Of a DNA stretch of 32,678 bases, positions 23,964-30,664 are shown one piece after another. Position 1 is the first letter of the stretch; each line of letters begins with the position of its first letter. This DNA comes from Gammaproteobacteria bacterium (lineage in GTDB: Bacteria > Pseudomonadota > Gammaproteobacteria > Methylococcales > Methylomonadaceae). A model generated the notes under the pieces. That model ran no database searches. It had not been told where the DNA came from and was given only the letters and a program-made list of their open reading frames with translations. The stretch is from assembly GCA_024276805.1 (NCBI GenBank), contig JAJRWJ010000240.1, positions 1 through 32,678 on the forward strand, in the 5' to 3' direction. The position numbers were made by a program, and so were the translations under genes.

Positions 23964-24293
23964 CTAAGCCACCTTCCGGGCTTTGACTTCCAAGTATATG
24001 CCTTCCTGCTCCTGCTCCTGCAGATAACCGATCACCGCAAACAGATTACTCGCCTGGGGGTTCCCTTTTGGCCCGAACATGCGCATGAGACTCTTTCTCG
24101 ACTTGTCAAAACCCCGGGACAGTTCCTCGAACCCGATCGTCGCATTGATATAGTCGCGCAGCACCGCCTTGCCGGTATCGACGTCACCGGCAAGCAGACA
24201 TTCGACCCCCTCTTGCAGCAAGGCCTTGCGAAACGCGGGATCCCCTTGGGCACGTGCCTGAATGGTATCCTTAAAATCTTTCGTCAGAGCCAT
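23964..24293 (-). CDS. HTH-type antitoxin (antidote partner of a COG3657/HigB-RelE-like killer protein)
   Basis: MALTKDFKDTIQARAQGDPAFRKALLQEGVECLLAGDVDTGKAVLRDYINATIGFEELSRGFDKSRKSLMRMFGPKGNPQASNLFAVIGYL is a pattern I recognise from antidote proteins encoded downstream of killer genes. The remnant of such a killer gene lies immediately upstream. Confidence 0.7.
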   Translation of the reverse strand: MALTKDFKDTIQARAQGDPAFRKALLQEGVECLLAGDVDTGKAVLRDYINATIGFEELSRGFDKSRKSLMRMFGPKGNPQASNLFAVIGYLQEQEQEGIYLEVKARKVA

Positions 24294-24295
24294 CT

Positions 24296-24439
24296 TTACA
24301 CCCCTTGCCGTTTCCGGCGCTTATAGTCGCGCCAATGCCCTTTTGCGGCGGAAATATCCGCATCCTGACGCTTCTTGGTGCCACCCGCGAGCAATATCAT
24401 CAACCGATCCCCGTCCTTGCCGAAGTAGATCCAATGTAT
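24296..24439 (-). pseudogene. 5'-truncated killer (HigB/RelE-like, COG3657-type) toxin remnant
   Basis: The minus-strand frame between TGA (24442-24440) and TAA (24298-24296) reads [47 protein letters not shown]. This is the conserved C-terminal half (YR.YF....g..i.LL.GGdK..Q..DI..Ak) with no N-terminal half. The space upstream is occupied by the 3' end of the NERD-helicase gene. Confidence 0.6.
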
Positions 24440-24465
24440 TCAGGAAACCGTACCCACAAGCACCA

Positions 24466-26028
24466 TCAGCAACAGATCATGCTCAACAGCGCGCGCGCCC
24501 TGCTCATCCCAACATAGTGAAGCGAACGCAGGGTCTCGCTATGCCCAGGTCTAGGCATATCGACAAGAACAACTACCTCGCTCTCAAGCCCTTTGAAATC
24601 CCCAACCTGCGCAAAACCGATGGCCTGACGATTCATGTTACGAGGTGAGGCATCGTCCAGAACAGAGATTGAATCTCGCAAATCCTTGGATAACGAACAC
24701 GTCCATGACTGTGCAAATGGAAAGGGCGAAAGTATGACGATGTCACCCGGATTAAATCCCTCGCCATCCACGAGACCGCGCAGCTCTTTCTCAAAAGCCT
24801 GGATAGCGCCGTCTGTGTCGGCAACACGAACTTCACGTACAGCTGGGCCATCACCGACCCCGGAATTACCCACATCAGCACCCAAGGCGTCTTGTATCTG
24901 TTGCAGGATTTGCAATGAGTTCCGGCAATTCGTCCTCAGTGGGATTCGCGCCGGGCCACAACTTTCCAGATACTCATAGGCATCGGGCACATAGGATCCG
25001 CACAGGCCGGATTGATTGTTGGCGTCATGAAAAAAACACCAACATCCTTCGCTTATTCCACCATATAAACAATTATCCAGTCGCTCCAGCGCATCCATAT
25101 TCAAAATATCCTGACCTTCATCCACGATCAATGCATCGAATTTTTCGATGCCGGCTCGCCTTGCAGCGACATGGATCGAATCCGCTAGGCTGACCGTCAG
25201 ACCCGGTACGGCGTTCCGTTCCAGGAATCGCTTGAGCCACGGCGAATGGCAGGCCAGCGCGGTTTTCATTCCAGATGCGCCCCAGCGCTTCGCCAGTTCA
25301 AGCGCCAACATTGTTTTCCCTGTCCCAGCACCTCCGGAACATATTACCCGCGGGTTGGCTTCGACGACATCGATCAGCCTTAGCTGATCCTCTGTCAGCC
25401 GAGCGATACGTGTTTCGACATCATGAGCGGGAATGTGCAATGGTACGACCGCCTCAAAATCAGGGCGTAAGTGTTGCTGCAACACATTCAACTGTTTAGG
25501 GCTTGCGACTGGCTTGCGACTATCCTTCGCGCGCCAATACCTTATGAATCGTTCCAGCCACTTTTCGAATTGCCTGAAGTCCCGACCGTCCGCGAGAACG
25601 GCGCGATCCCACTCCGCGCTATCGGGAAGTTGCTCAACACCGGGCATGACAACACCGTAACCGACCACAAAGGCGCGAGAGATCGAAGCGGGTAGTTTTT
25701 TCCGTAGACCATGCAAAGCACCCTCTGCCTGCTTAAACGGTGACTCCCGCAATCGCTCGGATTCTCCATAACGGTTCTTCGTTCCCCAGATGCCATCGTG
25801 GCACGAGACACGACCACCTTTGATCTCAAGTACGAAAAGGCCATCCGGCCCACATACGATGAAATCGATTTCACCGAACCGCTTGTATTCATGCCGCGGG
25901 AGGTTAAGTGAGTGCATAGCAAACCAGCCATTTTTATCCGGCGAGGAAAACGTCGCCCTCAGCTGGTCGAACACATTTTTTTCGGCTTTGCTGGGTGTGC
26001 GCAGTGGCTGGCGGGGAATCATCCGCAT
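24466..26028 (-). CDS. NERD-domain / SF1 (UvrD-like) helicase fusion protein
   Basis: NERD: EKNVFDQLRATF...WFAMHSLNLPRHEYKRFGEIDFIVCGPDGLFVLEIKGG. Helicase: VICSGGAGTGKTMLALELA (Walker A), ALIVDEGQDI (Walker B), TNCRNS, FKGLESEVVVLVD, LHYVGMSRARALL. Confidence 0.85.
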   Translation of the reverse strand: MRMIPRQPLRTPSKAEKNVFDQLRATFSSPDKNGWFAMHSLNLPRHEYKRFGEIDFIVCGPDGLFVLEIKGGRVSCHDGIWGTKNRYGESERLRESPFKQAEGALHGLRKKLPASISRAFVVGYGVVMPGVEQLPDSAEWDRAVLADGRDFRQFEKWLERFIRYWRAKDSRKPVASPKQLNVLQQHLRPDFEAVVPLHIPAHDVETRIARLTEDQLRLIDVVEANPRVICSGGAGTGKTMLALELAKRWGASGMKTALACHSPWLKRFLERNAVPGLTVSLADSIHVAARRAGIEKFDALIVDEGQDILNMDALERLDNCLYGGISEGCWCFFHDANNQSGLCGSYVPDAYEYLESCGPARIPLRTNCRNSLQILQQIQDALGADVGNSGVGDGPAVREVRVADTDGAIQAFEKELRGLVDGEGFNPGDIVILSPFPFAQSWTCSLSKDLRDSISVLDDASPRNMNRQAIGFAQVGDFKGLESEVVVLVDMPRPGHSETLRSLHYVGMSRARALLSMICC

Positions 26029-26030
26029 GG

Positions 26031-27644
26031 TTAATTACCTTCGTTTCCCTGTTCATCTTCTTCTTTCGCGCTCAGCAGTTTGCGTATGTCGGATTCGATC
26101 TGGGGGGGAATCAAAGGCCATTTACCCAAACGGCACAAAAATGAGGCCATATCTACTTCCTCCGTGACCCTCACCCTTCCTGGGAACACCATCTGCAAAC
26201 CTTTTCGCTCGAAGCTTTCAGGATAATCACCTTCCGTCAAAGTGATGTGTGTCTGAATACAGTTGTTCCAACTGCATTTTCGCGCAAGCTCCAAGGCTAC
26301 GTCTCTCTGTATGCTGTTCCACTCACCGCCGGGCGAAGTAAAAAGTTCTCGCAAGGGTTCCGGACGTGCTGGCGCATCCAAGGCAATCTTATCGCCTTGT
26401 TTCCGATGCTCAGCGTCTGCCATCCGATAAGTCACATAGGCAGAGAAGTCCGAATTTCGAAGATCGCGCGGCAACTGCAGCCAGCTATCGCGCACGCCGA
26501 ACAGAATGCCGGCAAGAATATACTCGGCGTCGCTCAACAGTGGATGGAAAAATTCGAGCAAGTCCGTGCAATGATCGCGCAGGCAGAATAGAAGCAAGGG
26601 CCTCGATAGAGACCCCTCGTGACGCTCAAGCAGTTCGGTGACTGTTCCGCCACCGAGGCCGAGGCAACTTCGCATGTCCGCAATCAGTCGCTCCAGTCGT
26701 GCCCGGAATCCCATTTCCTGCAGCTGATCAAGCTGATCCTCCAGATACGCCAGCGCCACATCGACGACGGCTGTTTGAGGTCGCTCCTGCATCTGTGCGT
26801 CGACCAGCGATTGGACAACGCCCCAAAATAGCCTTGCACGGGTATCTGCATGCCTGGATATCTCATTCCTATTCAGCCAGTCAGGAAGCTCAGCCAGGAT
26901 GGGGTCGCTTTGGACCAAGTCATTATCTGTGTCGCGTATGGCACCTGTTATAAAGCGAAAGGCCGCAAGACCCAGATCGCTGCGGTTGGCGATGTGGTAC
27001 AACATCACAAACATGCCGCCAATCGCCTGTCCCAGCGCAGGGGGACTATCATTGCTGTCCTCAAGCAATTGTCCTTGTGACCCCACCGGCGGCCATATCA
27101 CATCTGTAGCAGCGTGGAATAACGATTCGTCAACCTCGATCCGATGGGGGGACAGATCGACATTGGAGACGTCCCTGGCAGCGCTTTCAAATGCTTGCAT
27201 GTCCCCGGGTGAGCGAAAGCTGATGCTAGATAGCAAAGTCATCGGCAGTGGCGCGCGAATCACGATGGCAATGTCGTCCTTGCGTTTTCTCACGGTTGGC
27301 GAAGCGACATCACGCATACCGCCATCCCGCGACAGCATCCGAACGGGGCCGGATAGATTGCTCAAACTGAATGATGCAACGCAGGGCAGCAAATGCTTAC
27401 GCTCGCTGGTTGCATGACTCAAAGCGCCAGCTGGAATATCAACATTATTCCGGAGCAAGGGAATCCATCCAGGAGAGACGCCCAATGAATCGGAATAATG
27501 CTTACCTCGGAAACCAGCGGGTCCCATTACCATACCGGCGGCCAGCATGTAGAGCATGTTCTGGTGATTGGTTACCAGATGCCATGTGTGTGTGGATTTG
27601 CAACCTCTTCGCGGCTTCTTCGGAGTACTATTTTTCGTAACCAT
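26031..27644 (-). CDS. Hypothetical protein (537 aa), no recognisable motif; member of the helicase operon
   Basis: A long ORF spaced 3 nt from the upstream gene and 2 nt from the downstream gene. It has a basic N-terminus (KKPRRGCK), then HTWHLVTNHQNMLYMLAAGMVMGPAGF. I see no P-loop, HKD, HNH, PD-(D/E)xK or methyltransferase motif. Confidence 0.7.
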   Translation of the reverse strand: MVTKNSTPKKPRRGCKSTHTWHLVTNHQNMLYMLAAGMVMGPAGFRGKHYSDSLGVSPGWIPLLRNNVDIPAGALSHATSERKHLLPCVASFSLSNLSGPVRMLSRDGGMRDVASPTVRKRKDDIAIVIRAPLPMTLLSSISFRSPGDMQAFESAARDVSNVDLSPHRIEVDESLFHAATDVIWPPVGSQGQLLEDSNDSPPALGQAIGGMFVMLYHIANRSDLGLAAFRFITGAIRDTDNDLVQSDPILAELPDWLNRNEISRHADTRARLFWGVVQSLVDAQMQERPQTAVVDVALAYLEDQLDQLQEMGFRARLERLIADMRSCLGLGGGTVTELLERHEGSLSRPLLLFCLRDHCTDLLEFFHPLLSDAEYILAGILFGVRDSWLQLPRDLRNSDFSAYVTYRMADAEHRKQGDKIALDAPARPEPLRELFTSPGGEWNSIQRDVALELARKCSWNNCIQTHITLTEGDYPESFERKGLQMVFPGRVRVTEEVDMASFLCRLGKWPLIPPQIESDIRKLLSAKEEDEQGNEGN

Positions 27645-27647
27645 AAC

Positions 27648-28835
27648 CTACTTCCTGACGAGTATACTTGGATCAGTGGGCAGCAATCCATCCACGACGG
27701 GGCAAACATTACCAGTACGGAGAAGGATGACCTGTTCACGGGCACGCGCCACCATCACATAAAATCTTGACTTGAGCACATGCGGGTCGCGTTTGGGTTG
27801 GTGCTGGTCGATGTCGGCCAGGATGGTGATATCAAACTCCAGGCCTTTGCTGGACTGGGCGTTTATGATCATGAGGCCGCCCTGACCGAAGTTCAGTAAT
27901 TCCTGCTGGCCTGAAACAAAGGTCTGGATAGGCGGTTTGTCATTGTCGAGCTTTGGATTGGCACGAAGAAGCGCGTCATTAAATTTCGTCCGCACTTTAT
28001 TGTCTGGAGTAATGATCCCAATAAGCTTGCGTGGGTTTCGGTCGCTCAACTGGAGAATATGATCTGCAATTTCCGCCGGCGTTGCCGTGTTTTCCCTACC
28101 ATATGTCCATAGCTCGGGCATCATTGCGGCAGGTTTGACATGGGGCAGGTCAGGCCTTGGACTGGCCGGGTCGGCTGGGTAAAAGTGCTGGGCAAGCAGC
28201 GCGATAGGACGCGTGTTCCGGTAGTTGGTTTTCAGTTCCAGCGTGTTGCCCGGTTCGATTGCGAGAACATTCTCGATATCCTGGCGTGAACTGCACTTGT
28301 CGGGGTGAATCTGCTGGTTCTGGTCGGCCGCCACATAGAAATTCTCGAAGCCAAGATTGATCAGCGTTCGATAAAAGACTGGCGGCATATCCTGCCCCTC
28401 ATCGATAACCAGAAATTTATTGCTTTGATCTTCTATATTATCCAGAGATTGAACCTGTTGTTCGACGGCCTCCCAATCTATGGGGCGATAACCTCCAGGT
28501 TTCTCGGGGTCATGCGTTGGGATGACGGCGTCAAAAAAATGTTTGTAAATACGGCGAAACCAAGAGTCCCAAGTCTTGGCGGAGAATGTTTGATCGCTGC
28601 CAAATAGATGTCGGTTTGAATGATCCAGCAAGTGATTATATACGAGAGCTCTGTACGTCCTGTCGTTCTGGGCAAGGCGTCGCGCCCGCAACAGCGCCAC
28701 TACCGACTTTCCGGTGCCAGGACCACCGACAATCAGATGTTGCCCCTCAAGCGGTAATGCCAGCGCCTCATCCTGATCCTTGTTCAGGTCATGAATGCCG
28801 GGGAGGCTGAATCGGCGGGCGCGGTCAACGGGCAT
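27648..28835 (-). CDS. Minimal UvrD-like SF1 helicase/ATPase (395 aa)
   Basis: LIVGGPGTGKSVVALLRARRL (Walker A), FLVIDEGQDM (Walker B), QNQQI, TNYRNTRPI, SSKGLEFDITILAD, FYVMVARAREQVILL (motif VI-like). No accessory 1B/2B-size insert is evident. Confidence 0.85.
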   Translation of the reverse strand: MPVDRARRFSLPGIHDLNKDQDEALALPLEGQHLIVGGPGTGKSVVALLRARRLAQNDRTYRALVYNHLLDHSNRHLFGSDQTFSAKTWDSWFRRIYKHFFDAVIPTHDPEKPGGYRPIDWEAVEQQVQSLDNIEDQSNKFLVIDEGQDMPPVFYRTLINLGFENFYVAADQNQQIHPDKCSSRQDIENVLAIEPGNTLELKTNYRNTRPIALLAQHFYPADPASPRPDLPHVKPAAMMPELWTYGRENTATPAEIADHILQLSDRNPRKLIGIITPDNKVRTKFNDALLRANPKLDNDKPPIQTFVSGQQELLNFGQGGLMIINAQSSKGLEFDITILADIDQHQPKRDPHVLKSRFYVMVARAREQVILLRTGNVCPVVDGLLPTDPSILVRK

Positions 28836-28837
28836 AT

Positions 28838-30661
28838 TCAGGTTATCCCAAAAAATGAAGGCAGTCCGTTGGCGGCATCGTCCTTGACGAAGCCGCGGTC
28901 CAGCAAAGTATTGCCGTATTCGCAGGCAGGCTCGGGTACCAACGCACAGGCATGACAGGCGGCGCGATTCAGCAAGCCTGGTCCTTGACCTTCATGCTCG
29001 CTGCAAACTGGGTCAAGCGAACACCAGTGTGAATGCTCCAGTGCTCGAATCAGGATGCCTAGAAAGCGCCGGGGTTCGCTCAGTTCAGCCAGGCCACCCA
29101 GTGAACCGGCGATGTCGGGAACGGCGACATGGATGAGGATACCGGCCATGGGCTCCGGTACATTGGCGCAATAGATACGCTCAATCAGCGACGCCGCGGG
29201 ATAGCCACCCTCGGACTCGATTTGTCGCATCAGCAGGTGTGACAACGTATGCAATAACATGAAGCGTGTTGTCAGCGGATTGGGGTCATCGCGACCGGAT
29301 TGGGCAAATCGGGGAAGGAGTCGATTTAGTCGCGAAACAACCGCCGGTGTTTGCTCCCACACCTTGAGCCGGTCCTCATCGAGCGCGAGGAAGATGCCCT
29401 CTCCATACAACTCAATGGCTGGCAACCAATCGGATTTCCCTACGATGTCCGGCGGCACTATTTCTTGTCCGCCCAAGCGGGTAAAGCCCTTGAATACCTT
29501 CACCGCCTTGAGGCGATCCACGCGGACAAGGTGACGGACGCCATGGACAATTTTCCGTTCATCAGTATCCAGGTCGACCGCCACCCCCAGTTCACGCCAC
29601 TCGTCACTTTTGTTGCGAGTCACCAAGTCTTCGTCCTCGCGCTGGTCGGGCAACACCTCCAGGAATGCTTTAAACTCGCTTTCCCGCAATTGCCCTGGCG
29701 TAAGGTTCTCGCCATACAATGGGTAGCCGCGGGCAAGATCAGCCAATGCGGTTTCGATATCGTTGGGTGTACAGCGATATTCCGTCGCCAGCGTCCGTAT
29801 GATGCCTTTCCTCGCCAATGGCGTTCGCGCACCGTCTATGCGACTACGATCACCGGAATTGCGATATAGGCGATCCACGACGGTTCCCTTGCGTACACGG
29901 GATTCCGGTGGAATCACCAGAACGGATTCAGCGACAGGCGCGTAAACCCGCGTGTCATTGATCACCAGCACTTGCGCGTAGTCTTTGTCACCTTCTTCCG
30001 TGACCTCTATTGGCGGAACCAGATCGTCTTTGGTCCATGGCTGCATCCGGCCCTGGCCGAAGCCCACTCGATCATCACCACGAAATCGGGTTTCAGCGCG
30101 GCAGGCGCCGCACCGTAAAATGCGCTCTTCGTAGCCACGTTCCATTAACCGTAATTGGTCTTGTACTTTGCAGTTGCGCTGTGTGGGGTCGCGCGCGCCC
30201 TGATGCGCGAGAAAATGCCACGGCACATCGGCAAGGTATCCCTCTGGATGTGCGAGCACCCAGGTCACCTGCTCCATCTTCGGGTGACGCTTGCAATCTT
30301 GATGATTACAACGGGGTGCGTGATCGCGCTGATCGTTCCGCCACGGCCAACGATACATGGCGCCACAGGCCGGGCAGCGCATCCAGGAGGGGAATCGCGT
30401 CGCCGGCACACTGGTGCCATCTACCTGTCCATTCGCCAGCTCTTTCGCTACAGGCGGCTCGCGCAGTTGCTCCTCGATGCCCAGCGCGGCACGCACGCGC
30501 TCCACATACGGAATCAGCTTACCGGCGGAGAGACCAGAGCGATCCGTCCATTGCCGGGTGTCCTGAACGACCACCAGCCCATTCACCCCACGCACGATGG
30601 CTCCGACACCACTATGGCCAAGCAGGTGTGACAGGCGTATCGGAATCAGTTCATTGGCCAT
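28838..30661 (-). CDS. DUF1998 (MZB) protein, DrmB-like
   Basis: N-terminal IRLSHLLGHSGVGAIVRG...VVVQDTRQW, a central CPACG...C..QDC zinc-ribbon-like segment, and C-terminal HTLSHLLMRQ...CSLDPVCSEHEG...LNRAACHACALVPEPACEYGNTLLDRGF. The last is the DUF1998 Cys cluster ending in N..LDR. Confidence 0.85.
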   Translation of the reverse strand: MANELIPIRLSHLLGHSGVGAIVRGVNGLVVVQDTRQWTDRSGLSAGKLIPYVERVRAALGIEEQLREPPVAKELANGQVDGTSVPATRFPSWMRCPACGAMYRWPWRNDQRDHAPRCNHQDCKRHPKMEQVTWVLAHPEGYLADVPWHFLAHQGARDPTQRNCKVQDQLRLMERGYEERILRCGACRAETRFRGDDRVGFGQGRMQPWTKDDLVPPIEVTEEGDKDYAQVLVINDTRVYAPVAESVLVIPPESRVRKGTVVDRLYRNSGDRSRIDGARTPLARKGIIRTLATEYRCTPNDIETALADLARGYPLYGENLTPGQLRESEFKAFLEVLPDQREDEDLVTRNKSDEWRELGVAVDLDTDERKIVHGVRHLVRVDRLKAVKVFKGFTRLGGQEIVPPDIVGKSDWLPAIELYGEGIFLALDEDRLKVWEQTPAVVSRLNRLLPRFAQSGRDDPNPLTTRFMLLHTLSHLLMRQIESEGGYPAASLIERIYCANVPEPMAGILIHVAVPDIAGSLGGLAELSEPRRFLGILIRALEHSHWCSLDPVCSEHEGQGPGLLNRAACHACALVPEPACEYGNTLLDRGFVKDDAANGLPSFFGIT

Positions 30662-30664
30662 AGC

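Noticed and set aside
26031-27644. Possible PLD (HKD) or ADP-ribosyltransferase-like motif in the 537-aa protein
   Set aside because: HRKQGDK does not fit HxK(x)4D. The N-terminal HTWHLVTNHQNMLYMLAAG only superficially resembles the H.T..NL..IL motif of DarT-like proteins. That is not enough for a call.
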